Source: the human T2T-CHM13v2.0 reference genome, Homo sapiens. Taken from it: a stretch of DNA of 64,000 nucleotides. Every line of letters begins with the position of its first letter. Positions within the stretch are counted from its first letter, which is position 1. The notes beneath the pieces were generated by a model. The model saw only the letters and a list, made by a program, of their open reading frames with translations, ran no database searches and was not told the origin of the DNA. The DNA is taken from assembly GCF_009914755.1 (NCBI RefSeq), contig NC_060946.1, one strand, 5' to 3'. Positions 17,039-30,995 of the stretch are shown here, one piece after another. The translations under genes and the position numbers were made by a program.

Positions 17039-17524
17039 CAGTAGAGTGCCAGGTCCTTGAGCTGGCCTGTCTTCGCCTGCACTTTTATTGGGTAGGACTC
17101 AACTGTTACTATTGATGAGGATAAAATATTTTCCACTGAAATGCCGAGTTTTCAAGGCCAGCAATGGTGCAGAACCTTCTGGGGATCTTCCGATTGGTTC
17201 TGTTCAGCAGTCGTTTACCAAAGGTCTGGTTTGTCCAAGGCTGGGGCAAGTGGCCAGTGAGAAGAGCGTCCCCTGCCCTTGAGCTGGTGGAGTGAGAGAA
17301 AATGCCCAGAAAGGAGGGGTGCGGGTGGGGCAGGGGAGTGAGAGGGAACTCCCAGAAAGGAAGGGTGCAGGTGGGGCAGGGGGGTGGTTACCTGTCTGGA
17401 GAGGGACAGCTGAAGCCTGGAGATGGTGTGGTGGAAGCCAGTCTTCGAGAAGGAACAGGACCTGAGTGCTTCAGGTGCACCGGAGTAGGGACTAATCCAG
17501 GTGGCTTTAATTCTTTGTCTATTA

Positions 17525-17944
<420 letters not shown>

Positions 17945-17957
17945 TCAAATATAACTG

Positions 17958-18255
17958 CCGTCCGGGCACAGTGGCTTATGCCTGTCATCCCAGCACTTTG
18001 GGAGACTGAGGCAGGTGGATCACCTGAGGTCAGGAGTTCAAGACCAGCCTGGCTAACATGGTGAAACCCTATCTCTACTAAATATAAAAAAATTAGCTGG
18101 GCGTGGTGCCAGGCACCTGTAATCCCAGCTACTAGGGAGGCTGAGGCAAGAGAATCACTTGAACCCAGGAGGCGGAGGTTTCAGTAAGCTGAGACTGCAC
18201 CATTGTATTCCAGCCTAGGCAACAAGAGGGAAACTCGGTCTCAAAAACAAAAAAC
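17958..18255 (+). mobile_element. Alu (AluS-like)
   Basis: Sense Alu consensus. Confidence 0.92.
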
Positions 18256-19267
18256 ATTGCTTCTGTCCCATTCTTTCAGGCCAATGCACTGGTGTGAGCT
18301 GCATGTCCCCAGAAAGGCCCCCCAATTCAGCCGTCACCTCCCCAGGGGGCCGTGGTGGGGAGGGGGCTCTCTGCTTAGGACAGGGCCCCTCCTTTCCTGG
18401 TGGCCAGTCTCTGGGGGAACTGACATTGCACGGCCACTTGCCCTCAGATGTGACAGAACTGGCAGAATCTGAGAATCTCGAGAAGGAAGGGACCTTCTGA
18501 GGTCACCTCTGTTCATCCTTACCCAGGCAGGAATCCCCGGCCACCGCAGGGACGGGCATCTCTGTTCCTTCCGCAAGGACAGTGCCCTGGGGTTGGGCAG
18601 CTCAGAATTAGTGAGGTTTTCCGTGGAAACCCACTCTTTGGGGTTTAAATTTGATTTAATACACCATCATCATCTTCACCAGGGTGAGGCTTTGCCCTGG
18701 GGCAGGGGGTGGGGAATCCCTGTGTCCAACACAGTAGGACCTGGAGCATTCATTGGGTCAGTGAGTAGTGGGAGCCTGCTGTGTGCCGCTGAGGCGTTGG
18801 GTGTGGGGGGGTGGGGGTGTGCTAGGGCACAGGAACCAGGAGAGAGTGGAGTGGCAGGTGGACAACACAGTGAGGCCGATGAAGAAATGCAGCTGGGGGC
18901 AGGTCTGGGACGAAGATGGAGCAGAGGGCTGCATCTGGGCATAGAGGCGGGTAAGGAGGTCTCTGACACCAGGGAAATGGGGCAAAGGCCACATATTCTT
19001 CCAGTCCCCAGCCCCTCGGATTTAGGTGGCCATGTGGCTGGTCCTAACAGCCGGGACGTGGTCACGCTGGACAGCTTTTAGGAAAGACTGTCACCTTAAA
19101 GTATGCAACACCTTTGTGGATGTTTGGTGTGTTTTCGAAACATCCACACAGGGTTCTGATGTTCTCGATGGCTTTGGAATGTAGTGCTAGATTTCCTCCC
19201 ACAATCTCATTCTTAAAATGTATTGCCAAGGTGAGCCTGAAACACTGTGCCGGAAAGCAGGGAAGCA

Positions 19268-19598
19268 CAGTTGTCCCTGGTATCCTCTGTGGAGTGAATC
19301 CGGGACCCTGGAGGACACCAAAATCTGAAGATGCTCAAGTCCCTGATATCAAACTGCACAGTATTTGCATATAACCTACGCACATCCTCCTGCATACTTT
19401 AAACCAGCTCTAAATTACTTATGATACCTAATACAATGTAAATGCTATGGAAATAGTTGTTACACTGTATCACTTAGGGAATAATGACGGAGAAAAATTC
19501 TGTATGTGTCTGGTACAGATACAATTTTTTCTTGATATTTTTAATTCGTGGTTGGTTAAATCCATGAATGTGCAACCAAGGATATGGAGGGCCAACTG
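19268..19598 (+). mobile_element. MER2-like (Tigger family) DNA transposon
   Basis: Terminal inverted ends cagttgtccct.../...agggccaactg; internal gatgctcaagtccctgatat and tttgcatataacctacgcacatcctcc. Confidence 0.78.
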
Positions 19599-19845
19599 TA
19601 CTCAAGGAATGATGGGGACATGTCAAAAGGACAGAGGCACAAACAGCGTCCACATTTTGGATACTTCAAGCATCTGAAGGAGCAATGTGGAGTATAACAC
19701 ATTGGATTTTTTTTTTAATTCGTGCACTTAGAGTGATATTAAACTAGGATGAGAGCAAAGGCTTTTTTTTTTCTTTTAACATTTTACTTTTATATAGTTT
19801 CAAACCCGCAGAAAAGTTGCAGGAATACTACAAAGAGTTCCTATG

Positions 19846-20208
19846 TGTATTAATCCATTCTCATGCTGCTAAAAGAGACATACCCAAGACTGGGTAATTT
19901 TAAAAGGAAAAAGGTTTAATGGACTCACCGTTCCACATGGCTGGAGAGGCCTCACAATGATGGTGGAAGGCGAAGGAGGAGCAAAGGCATATCTTACATG
20001 GCGGCAGGCAAAAGAGTGTGTTTAGGTGAACTGTCCTTTATAAAACCAACCAGTCTCATGAGACTTATTCACCATCATGAGAACAGCATGGAAAAACCCG
20101 TCCCCATGATTCAGTTACCTCCCACCAGGTCCCTCTCATGACACGTGGGGATTATGGGAGCTACAATTCAAGATGAGATTTGGGTGGGGACATAGCCAAA
20201 CCATATCA
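19846..20208 (-). mobile_element. THE1 (MaLR) solo LTR inserted in an old L1
   Basis: Full LTR ends tgtattaatcc.../...ccaaaccatatca; perfect 5-bp target-site duplication ctatg at 19841-19845 and 20209-20213. Confidence 0.9.
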
Positions 20209-21166
20209 CTATGTTTACCTGGAGACTCATGAATGTTAACATTTTTACTTTATCCTCTTCACTCTCTTTCTGTCCCTGCCTATCTGCCTCTCTCGATATA
20301 ATAATAATGATATATATTTCTTTAGACGCACACATTTACCTGGTGATATATATATTTTCTGAATCTTTGAGGGTAAGTTGCATGCATTATATCCTCTTCA
20401 CCTCTAAATACATCAGTGTAGCTTCCTAAAAGTGAAGACATTCTCTTCCATAATCTCAGTATGTGTCATAATCAGGAAATAACATTGATACAATGGCATT
20501 GTCTAATCTACAAACCTTAATTGTGTTTTTTTCCAATTGTCTCAATGATGTCCTTTATGCCAAAATAAGAGGCAGGACAAGGCATTGAATGAGTTGTCCC
20601 ATCTCTCCAGCCTCCTGTAGTCTGGAGTGGCCCTTCAGTCTTTCCTTATGTTTCATAGCCTTGATTCTTTGGAGAATCCAAGCCAGTTATGTTCCAGAAT
20701 GTCTTGCAGCTTGGATTGATCTAGTATTTTCCTCGTTATTAGATCCAGGTTATGCGTTTTCGGTAGAAGTGATGTGTTCTTCTCAGCGCATCATTACCAG
20801 GAGACATGTCATGTTGATTGTTTTACTTTCTTATGATGTTAATTTTGATTACTTAGCGTGTGAGCACACGTCTGTGGTCCCAGTTACCCAGGAGGATCGC
20901 TTAAGCCCAGGAGTTCAAAGCCGCAGTGAGCCGTGATCACACCACTGCACTCCAGTCTGACAGAGTGCACTGTTTCTATTTTTAAAAAATATATATTACT
21001 TAGTTAATATAGTGTTTATCAAATTTGTACACTAAAAAATGTAACTCTTCTTTGTAATCGATCAATATTTATGAGGAAAGAATTTTCACTTTTGGAGTTA
21101 CCTTTCCATCAGGAATAACTAGAAGCCTCCACAAAACACAGGAAACAGTTACTTCAGACATTGGAC

Positions 21167-21383
21167 ATGCCTTTGCTCCCCCTTCACCTTCCACCATGAC
21201 TGTGAGGCCTTCCCAGCCATGGTGGAACTGTGAGTCCGTTAAACTGTCTTTCTTTATAAATTACCCAGTCTTGGGTATGTCTGTTTTAGCAGCATGGAAA
21301 TGGACTAATACACATAGGAACTCTTTGTACTTTCCTGCAGCTTTTCTGTGAGTTTGAAACTATATAAAAGTAAAATGTTAAGA
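21167..21383 (+). repeat. Inverted duplicate of ~19773-19990 (THE1 end + TSD + L1 flank)
   Basis: Reverse complement aligns across the LTR end (actaataca), the TSD (catag) and the flank (gaactctttgta...tatataaaagtaaaatgttaa). Confidence 0.85.
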
Positions 21384-24089
21384 GGCGAGTCAGATCTGTG
21401 ATCCCCAAGAAAAGGGTGGCAAGTGAGGTGAGCCCTACCCTGGTCTTGGCTTTCTGCCTGGACATAATTCCTGGACTGTGCTGTAGTGAGGGGGACCCAG
21501 ACAGAGCCAGGTCTCACTGATTTAAGGAGACAAAGATCAGAGCTTGCAGAGATTACGCTTATTAAAAACAGACATCAAAAGAATATTTCTGCCAGAAAAA
21601 TTCCAACACTTCTTAAAGAAATGCAACAAAATTCAGCACGCGACGACATAAAAATTTAATGTCTAGCATTCAATAAAACATTATTATAAAGAAGCAGGAA
21701 ACTGTGACCCACAATCGGGAGAAAAATCAGTCCACAGAAGCAGACCAGGAAATGACAGAAGTGATAGATTCTACAGGACAACTGGCCTGGATGTTTAAAA
21801 AATGTTAGTGTCGTGAAAGATTGTTCTAGATTACAGGGCTCTAAAGAGACATGAAAACCAAATGCAATCACATGTGCTGTGTGATGCCTGAATGGATCTT
21901 GGATTAAAAAAAATACAGCTGTAATAGACATTTTTTGAAGCCTTGGTGAAGTTTGAATGTGGATGAGATATTAGAAAACCTTCTATCAATGCTAATTTTC
22001 TTAGGTATCATAATGGTACTGTGTTATGCAGGAGAATGTTTTTAGGAGAAACATTCTGAAGTATTTAGAGATATCCCTAAAGTGATGTGATCCCTGCAAT
22101 TTATTTATTTTTTATTAATTTTTAAAAATTTTAGTTGTGGTTAAAAATACACGTAACATAAAATGTACTGTCTTAACTATTTTTAAGTATACAGTTCAGT
22201 AGTGTTTGGCATATTTGCACAGGTATATTTCACACCGTGTCTCTGAAAAAAAAAAGGCTGGAATAATTCCCTTCTATCCATGCCTTTCTCTTAATTGGGG
22301 TTTGGGGGTGCTTGGACTTATCTCCATGTTACTCTTCCAATTCTTAGAGTCCCTCTCTTCCCCTAAACAATGCTGTACACACAAGAGGCTTTGTGAGTTG
22401 TGGATTTAGTCTGTTGTAACTCCACACCATACAGGATTAGATTTCGCATCTGATTCTTACATCAGCCCTGCAGCCCCAAGAGATGAGAGATAGCTTTGAG
22501 GGCTATCAGAGAACTCCCTGTATTCTGCACATACCTTGAGCTGAGAATGTAAAGCCCTGGGACTGTCCTTTTCTTGCTTTAAACTCTTTGGTGTGATGAT
22601 AACAAGCTCACCCCACAGTCCTTAGATAACCTGTGCTCGTATTGCGTATGGAAGCCACAACTCTGCCAAAGCCACAATTTAATAGGTACTTCGTTCTGAG
22701 TGATGACAGGTAATTATTTTGCCATCACAGGCTACGATCTATTAGAACTCCATTCTCTAACAGTTACTAGGTCCCCACTGCCTTTAAATCAACCAGAACA
22801 AGTAACCAATCCCAGTTCCCATCCTGGAGGTCGTGTTGCCTGCAATTGTTTCTGGTAACAAATCCGAAGTTAATTGGGATTCAGTTGCCGATGATTAGAG
22901 TCTCTTCAGTTGTTTGGAGGAGAAAGGAATCTAACATAGGAAGCTGTGTGATTCTCAAGCTGTTGGAAGGCTGGAGGCAGCGCCTCCAGCAAGGACTCTT
23001 GGAAGAATACTGCAGAGCTGGCTCCTGAAGGAAGCTGCCGAGTCAGGCTGGCCCTAGAAGCATGCTTTCTGGGTTGAATGCTTTAGGTTCACCTCTGCAG
23101 ATCCACTCCCCACCATTTTCTCTCCTCACATCTATGGGCCGCAGCAGGGGACTTCTTTTCTCTGGCTTCTGGCTGGATGTGGGCAGGGGAGGCCCTGGCA
23201 GGAGGGAGGAGAGTGAGGCTTGGTCATTGATTCCTCCAGCTGTGCCCTTCTGCTGGTTCACCATGAGCTGGCTGTGTCCCTCTACCAAAGGCCACAGCTC
23301 CTATCCCGAGGCCCCTCTTAGGGCTTCAGTGATTCTGTTCCTGGGCTCTGCCACCCACTCCCTCCTTCGCCCTCTAGGTTTTGAAGAAGTAACAGCTCCC
23401 CATGTTGCTAGCCTGGGGTGTAGCACTGTCTCTTCTGGGTTCCTTTAACGCTGCCCCAGCTGTCCCTTTATTAAACAGTCTTCAGTTAGCACATGGGAAT
23501 ATACCGTCTCTTTGCTGCTGGGACTGTGACTGCTGCTACATCTATGTGGCTGTGATCCAGAGTCAGAAGCCACCACCAGAACCACTGTGTCCAGAGCTGG
23601 GCTGAGCCTGCTACACACGCCCCAGCAAAATAGGTCCTGCACGGTGGCTTCTCTCCCCACCTGTTACAAGCCCCAGTCTAGCACGGGCACTTCAGAATGG
23701 CAGGGACTGACTCATGTGCCTCAGTGTCTTCCTCTGTAATATGGGGGTGATGATTGTACCTACCTCACAAGGAAGTTTCCAGTAAAATGAAAGCCCTTAA
23801 AATTATGTTTGTTTCATCACCAATGACTCCATAAATATTAGCAACAATACCAGTACTAAGTTTTGTCATTTTTTATTAACTTCTTGTAAACGACCCTACT
23901 TTCCTGCTCTCACACACTCCTTACACCTGCATCCCACCTGATTTAGCCACTTTCTGCCTAACCTGTCAGAAAGGGTAGATAGCTTCCCAGTCACCTGTTG
24001 CTAGGGAAACTCACCATTTCAGCCCGGATGGTGAAGATTCCAGCTTGAGAGACCAGCTCGGGTCTGAAGTGTTTCTCTATCTACTGTGC

Positions 24090-24302
24090 TGAGATCTCTC
24101 CTTCTCGAACCCTGCTATGCCTTTGCATACGCTGTTTTCTCCACCTGCCACGTTCTCACCCCTTCTTCTTCCACTGCAAACTCCTATGCAGCCGTCAAGG
24201 CCCCATTCTCCTCTGGAAAGCCTTCCCGATCCCCTTGGCAACAACCACCACCAATATTTATTCACTGAGCCCACTTTGTGCCAAGCATTGTTCTAGACAC
24301 GG
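24090..24302 (+). other. PARVG: Candidate PARVG non-coding first exon (start uncertain; L2-like sequence)
   Basis: Donor CGG|gtatgt at 24302/24303, upstream of the acceptor at 24858; body resembles an L2 3' fragment. Confidence 0.5.
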
Positions 24303-24389
24303 GTATGTAACCGCGATTGAGAGAGACAGACCACGCACAGCCTGGATTTTATTTTAAGAGCTATTGGGTGCCGTTGGTGGGTTTGAGTG

Positions 24390-25000
24390 AGTGGGGTCAG
24401 GAAGTGACTCACTCCTCCGAGGGCTTGTGGGAGCCTCAGCTCAGGGGCGGGCAGGGGGCGTGGGGAAGTCTGCAGCCGAGAGTCCAGGTAGGAGTCTCCT
24501 GCGTGGTCCCGGGAGAGGAAGGGGCCTGGCCCGGGGCGGGGTGTGGAGGTGGGAGGACGGCGGTGCGGGATGGAGGGTGGAGGCCAGGCTGACAGGGTGC
24601 TGGTGGTGGGTTGCGGGGGTCGACCCCAGGCTCTGGCCTATGTAGCTGCCATTTTGGAGGTGAACAGCCTGCGGGGAAACTGGCATGGTTTGGGGAAGGC
24701 GGGGAGAGGGGGAGAAATGAAAGCATTGAGTTTAAGTGGCCTGCAGAACCCCGGGGGCCCAGGCGGCACGGCGGGCGCTGGGGCTCCGGGCAGAGCTTTC
24801 TGGAGGTTTGTGGCAGCTTCACTTTCACGGCATCCACCCCCCTCGGGCCCTGCCGCAGAGAGGAGGAAGCTCCTGCCGGCTGAGCGGGCCTGGAGGAAGT
24901 GAGCAGCGGGGCTCCTGCCTCCCGGCCTGGTCCCCGAAGACCCCAGAAGAACCCGGAACTTGCTTCCATTCGGAATCCAGGGACCACCCTTTGCACTCAG
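24390..25000 (+). promoter_or_regulatory. PARVG: PARVG promoter region: GC/CpG-enriched with ETS/PU.1 and GC-box motifs
   Basis: CAGGAAGTG 24398-24406, GAGGAAGTG 24893-24901, ccggaact ~24952, GGGGCGGG boxes ~24444 and ~24532, local CpG enrichment; fits the known haematopoietic expression of gamma-parvin. Confidence 0.65.
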
Positions 25001-25034
25001 TAGGCCTTTGTTTTCCTGCGTGGAAAGCGGTTGG
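24859..25034 (+). other. PARVG: PARVG 5' UTR exon (176 nt, no ATG)
   Basis: ccctgccgcag acceptor and TGG|gtgagt donor; next acceptor is at 26434. Confidence 0.75.
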
Positions 25035-26446
25035 GTGAGTTCTGGCATCGGGGCCACCATACTTGAGTGTTGGGGGTCACGGAGGGAGGGGCCCAGACAC
25101 CACCTGGGAAGGATCCCAGAGTGCAGTCCCAGCCCAGGCCACCCGGGGAAGGGAGTCGGTAAAGTGGGACCTTGAGTCCCCACGGCCCCTCCGGCTGCCC
25201 CTGCTCAGAGGCTGCTCGGCGTCCTCCCTCCCTGTTCTACTGAGGAGTTGCCGCCTCTGAACTTCAGCCAACCCCTCCGTCTCCAGGTGAAGAAACTGAG
25301 GCCCTGGGGCCAGGAAGGGGCTTGCCCAGGCTGCTGATCCCTTTGGGCAGCATCGAGTCCAGGCCCTCCTTGTAACCATGCATCAGGACCAGAGAGGGCA
25401 GGGGGTTTGCCCAACGTCACACAGCCTGAGTGAGGAGGAGCTGGCCTGGGACCCAGGCTTCCTGACGCCCAGGCCAGGCTCTTTCGTTTTCTCTGGCCAT
25501 GGCCCTCAGCTTGGATATTAAGGGGCTGGGAGTCAGTTGTGTCCCCACCACCTCCATGCTACAGGGCAGGATGGAGTCTGGCATCCCCCGCCCCAGGCTG
25601 GCTGCTGGTGTGACATGGGTGGCTCCAGTCGAGTGAATGCCTCCGTCTCCCACAGCTCAGGGGGCTCCCTGCTCTGGCCACCAACTTCTGCCATGTGACT
25701 CCCCTACCTCAATGTCTGATTGAGTTTGAAAACACTGAGAAGACCCAGGGGCTGAAAAGGGAGGAAGAGGGAGGCCAGAAGGCGCCAGCCGAGCCAGCGA
25801 AGCCTTCACAGGAGAGGAAGTGGGCCAGGGGAACAGGAAGGAGGGCTGGGCTGGCCTCTGGGTCTGCCCCTGTCCCGGGCATGTGGTGAGCCCAGCCTTC
25901 TGCCTGTAATGAGGAGGAGGAAGATGAACAGTGCCTCTGTCAACCCTGGCCCTTCCGGTTTATGGGATGGGAGATGTCACCATTCCACGTATCCACCTCA
26001 GCCAGCCCCACACAGGCCGACCGGGGAGGTTTCCCTTGAGCTCAACCTGACAAGCTCTGAGGAGTGAGCTGTACCTACTTTGTCCTGTCTGGGATAGGGT
26101 GGGGGGTCCCTGGGTAGGGGGCTGGGGGCTGCAGGAGCACGGTGGGCGGCCGCTCTGCACCTGCCTGAGGAAGGACCACTTCCTCCGCCAAGCCTTTGCT
26201 TGGCTGTGCCCGCCCTCAGCTTCTGTGCCTTTTTCTAACCCGTCACCCCGCAAGGGTTGGCTCAAGGGCTCTTTCTCACAGGGCCCGTACCCCCTGCCTA
26301 GGCTGGCATGCTGACGTGTCCCCAGAACCTGGCTTCTACCCTCCTTCTGTGCCTCCAGGTCTAGAGAAAATGAGGGGCTCAGTGAGTTTGGGGCTTCTCA
26401 GACCGTGACGCCCTCTCCTGCCTCCTCTGTGCAGGCTTGGGAGGCG

Positions 26447-26525
26447 ATGGAGCCGGAGTTCTTGTACGACCTGCTGCAGCTCCCCAAGGGGGTGGAGCCC
26501 CCAGCGGAGGAGGAGCTCTCAAAAG
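26447..26525 (+). CDS. PARVG: Gamma-parvin coding exon 1 (exon starts 26435): MEPEFLYDLLQLPKGVEPPAEEELSK(G)
   Basis: cctcctctgtgcag acceptor; strong Kozak context gcgATGG; AAG|gtgtgt donor; 79 coding nt. Confidence 0.93.
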
Positions 26526-27434
26526 GTGTGTGCCCACGCAGGTCTGAGGGTGGAGGGTGAAGGTCTGTGTGGCAAGAGTGAGCCTGGCCATGCCTGGGAC
26601 TTGCAGCACCTTCCCAGCTGTCAGCTGAGCGCCCAATTCTGCTCACCCCTGCCTCCACCTTCTGCTTTATGCTTGACCTAACTCCTCCTCCTGGGACCTT
26701 CTACAGAGCTAGAACCTCTTCTCTCCAGATGAGAGACGGTGTGGATTACGATGGTGAATACTGATTGCTCTCATCCTGTGAGCCTTCTGAGTGCCCCTAC
26801 TGCACCAGCACCTCTTACCAATAGCAACTCATTTATTCTCAAGGGCGGGCATCAGTGCCTGCTTTATACAGATGAGGAAACTGAGGCACAAGGGGTGACG
26901 TGCCACAGTAACAGGAAACTCTTAGCAAGTGGTGGACCTGGGTTCTGAGCCCAAGGAGGGTGGTCCCAGAACTGAGGTTCCACACGGACCACGCAGCGAT
27001 GCCCACCATGGAGTGATACTTTGCAGGGTGTGGGGCTCCTGACGTGCTCCCCTCACACGTGTGGGTCCCTTTCAAAAGTGGGGTGAGCATAGGATGGAGC
27101 AATTCAACGACTATAGGTCGCCCTTTCAGTAAAGCTCTGTGTCATGAGCCCTTTGGGGGGTTGGCGGCCACAGTTCCTGCAACCTCCCTTCTAGGAGATG
27201 GCTCAAAAGAAGGACATGGGCAGGTACCCAGAGCTGTCACCCTCTCTGTGTTCTCTGAAAGAAACAAATGAACAACAGCTTGCAAGGAAGCAGCGAGATG
27301 TCCCAGTGGGGAAGGGCTTTAGGTGAACTCATTGGAATTTATGTAACCACAAAAACATAAATGTGCTGACAAAGAAAATGTGTGAAATAATTTAAGGGAA
27401 GGGAGCAGAATGCGGCTTTCTCCAGCTCCTGTGA

Positions 27435-27771
<337 letters not shown>

Positions 27772-28645
27772 TAAGTAGGTGTTATGGAGCGAGAACTCCA
27801 GTGCCAACAGGGTCCCTGGCACGGCAGATGAGACCCCAGAAGGGACAAGCTTGGTCCAGAGTCACCTGGCTGTCTTTGTCACCATCTGGTATTCTGTGTT
27901 TAAAACATTGAAGATTAGAAAGTGTCCTGAGGAAAGTTGCTGAGTTAGAATAGTAGGACTTAGTTACTACCAAACAAAACAAACAAAAAAACCCATTAAT
28001 TTTTTGTTTTACAACTGATTTAAATTACTAAAAGTTCTGGCAAGCAGAGCTGGGACATTGGATGATTCAAGCGGCAAGAAGTCTGCTCCAGGAAGGAGCA
28101 GCACCATATCCATTCACTCATTCCTTCATTCCTTCCTTTCTTCATTCATTCATTCGCCTGCTCACCCGCCCAAGTGTTTGCTGAGAGCCTGCCCTGTGCT
28201 GGGCACAACAGCCCATGACGCTGTTGCCTTCCCTTTCATCAGAAGACATGGGTCTGGGTAGTACTTGAAGGTTTTCAGAATACCTAGGAAAAGCCTTTAT
28301 TGGGGTCACATGAGAGATGATGCATTTTGTGAATTTAGGCAAGACAGTCGCCACTGCTGACTCAGTATCCCCCCATGTACCTTGGAACTAGTTGATCTCA
28401 GAGGTCCTTCTTGGCCCTGACATTTTGTGGGTTCTGTGAGTCTAAAATGTGGGCAGATGCTGGCCATGGCCTTGGGGAAGGGGAGCTGCTGGGCCTCTGA
28501 GGGCCACCCCGGGGAGTCTGACTACGAGAGGGGCCATGGAGGGGCCTGGCAGACCTGGGGTAAGTCCCACCTTAGCCCCTTAGAGCCTGGTGAGCCTGGG
28601 CACCTCCTCCCCTCTCTGGCTGGGGTTTCACTTTACCTAAATAGG

Positions 28646-28745
28646 TAGGGTTGCCAGATATATCAAACATAGGATACCCAGTTAACTTTGAATGTCAAGT
28701 AATCAAGAAATAACTTCCGAGTTTATGTCTCAAAGTATAAATGCT
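28646..28745 (+). mobile_element. MER53-like DNA transposon fragment
   Basis: tagggttgccagat...ggatacccagttaactttgaat resembles the MER53 terminus. Confidence 0.55.
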
Positions 28746-28924
28746 GCAGTGTCTGAGGATGAGCTGGTGTTCGTGAGGGAAATGAGGGAAAGCACGCTGG
28801 GGCGGAAGTGGCAGGACCGGTGCCCCTGGGTCTGCGGTGCTGAAATCTGTGGGTGACCTGCAGGGAGTGTGGCCAAGCGCCCCACAGGGTCCCCATGCGC
28901 TTGTCATACCCACTCTGCTTCCAG

Positions 28925-28989
28925 GAGGAAAGAAGAAATACCTGCCACCCACTTCCCGGAAGGACCCCAAATTTGAAGAACTGCAGAAG
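28925..28989 (+). CDS. PARVG: Gamma-parvin coding exon 2: (G)GKKKYLPPTSRKDPKFEELQK
   Basis: ctgcttccag / AAG|gtacag; 65 nt; keeps frame. Confidence 0.93.
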
Positions 28990-30202
28990 GTACAGCAGCC
29001 TCCACAGCCCTGACTTCCCTGGGTGCCTCTTGGCAGACCAGGCAGCGGCCTCCACGGGGCGGGGACAGCAGGCTGTCCCCACTCCTTGGCCTCAGGCTGG
29101 GGGGTGGCGACCCCCGAAGACCCCTGGAAGGCCTGTTGAATGGAGCAAGTCACCCACAGAGCCTGCATGAACAAACATCTATTGAGCACCAACTGTGTGC
29201 CTTCACATACACCATCCCAGCAACCCCATGGGATTTGAGGGGAATCTATTATCCCTTACATCCCGGGGACAGGACAGACAGCAAGGCTTAGACAGGTGAC
29301 CTCATCTGTCAGGGGCACGCAGCTGCCCGTAACGGAGCTGTGGTTTGACACGAGCTGCCAGCCCCTAAGCCCGTGCTCCTCCCCAGCTTGTCTGCCCAAG
29401 GTGTAGGAGAACTGGTGAGGTGGTGGTGGTGGGCCTGGGTCACCCATTCTTAGTTCTCTCCTTGGTCATGGGTCTGCTGCTATGGCCACTGGACCAGCTC
29501 GGCACAGGTGGGCTCCAGGCCTCTGTTTCCCTCAGCGTCTGTGTCTCCAGTCTCCACATGGCCTCTCTGTTGCCTCCTCCAGGGAGGCCTCCTGGCCTAC
29601 ACCATCTTCCATACCCAGAGGCTTTGTGGGCCATTTCCCATCCTCCTTCCTATTCCCTCACTCCATCCATCCACCTTTCCCACCTTTGACCAGCACACCT
29701 GGCCCAGCCCTGTGACTGGCACTGGGGACACCATCCGTGGTCTTGCCCGGAAGACCTGGTGAGGTGCTGACATGTCGTCTCAGCTCGGTCTCCTCCACAG
29801 GCTGATCCAGAGACAAGGATTTGGATGCCAGTAGTTGAGTTGGGAGGTTATCCCAGGGGTCATGGGAGGGAAGGGGCCAACACATGGTTAGTGATGGAGC
29901 TGGTCATGGTTCTGGGGGCTCAAGCCTGCTGGGTACCCTGGAGCCAGCATAGAGCAAGTTCAGTGCATTCCTGCCCAAGGGGCGATGGAGCTGGGGTATT
30001 TATACACCACCACCCCTGCCCCGACAACCTCCTGACAACCTTTAGTGAACAGCTGCGCCCTGAGAAAGGGCTGGGCCTTGATTCCCTGGCACTCTGACCT
30101 TTTGAGCACAGCAGAGTGGGGACAGTTTCGAGCAGAGCTGCAGGTGGGAGCTGGGCCAGTAGGCACCAGTCAAGGAGTGGGCAGGGTACCAGCAGCCCCC
30201 GC

Positions 30203-30635
30203 ATTAGCTTCCTAGGGCTACTGTAACATGTGACCACAGACTGAATGGCTTAAACCACAGAAACCTACTGTCTTACAGTGCTGCAGGCCAGAGGCCCTCA
30301 ACCAAGGGGTCGGCAGGCTTGGCTCCTTCTGGAGGCTCTCAGGGGACCCCTGTCTTCTCCCTTTCCCCCAGCTGTGATGGCTGCAGCATCCTGGTCTCCC
30401 AGATCTGTGGATGCATCACTGCAGTCCCCACCTCCATCTTCACGTCCAATGTCATGTCCCTCATTTCCTCCTAGGACCTCAGCAGGGGCACCTTTAACAT
30501 CCATATTTCTACTGACCACCTCTTCAGGGCAATCTAGGCTTTTTCTATCAAGTGCTCATTGTCCAATTCTTTCCATTCCCCAAGCCATTTCCCCATTTTT
30601 GGGTATTTGCTATGGTAGTACCCCACTTCCTGGTA
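30203..30635 (-). mobile_element. MaLR (MLT1-like) LTR
   Basis: attagcttcctagggctactgtaaca...ggcttaaaccacagaaa...ccttctggaggctctcagggg. Confidence 0.65.
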
Positions 30636-30892
30636 CTAAAACCTCACACATGATAATGACAGCCCCACACTGCTCAGGTTTGTGATGGAGAGAAGCAGGG
30701 AGTCTGCAGGAACCTGGGGCAGGCCCCTAACAGCCTGGGAGATCAAGGAGGGCTTCCCAGTGGAGGTGACATTTGACCAGGCCTTGAAAGATGGGTAGGA
30801 GTTGGCAGGCGAGAGGCAGGCATTCTGAGCCAGGTGGAGGGCCAGGTGAGAAGTCTCCATCCCCCCAAAAGTTGTCCCCTTGGAGCCTGCAG

Positions 30893-30995
30893 GTGTTGAT
30901 GGAGTGGATCAATGCCACTCTTCTCCCCGAGCACATTGTGGTCCGCAGCCTGGAGGAGGACATGTTCGACGGGCTCATCCTACACCACCTATTCC
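30893..30995 (+). CDS. PARVG: Gamma-parvin coding exon 3 (CH1): VLMEWINATLLPEHIVVRSLEEDMFDGLILHHLF(Q)
   Basis: cctgcag / TCC|gtaagt; 103 nt; parvin CH1 motif. Confidence 0.95.
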
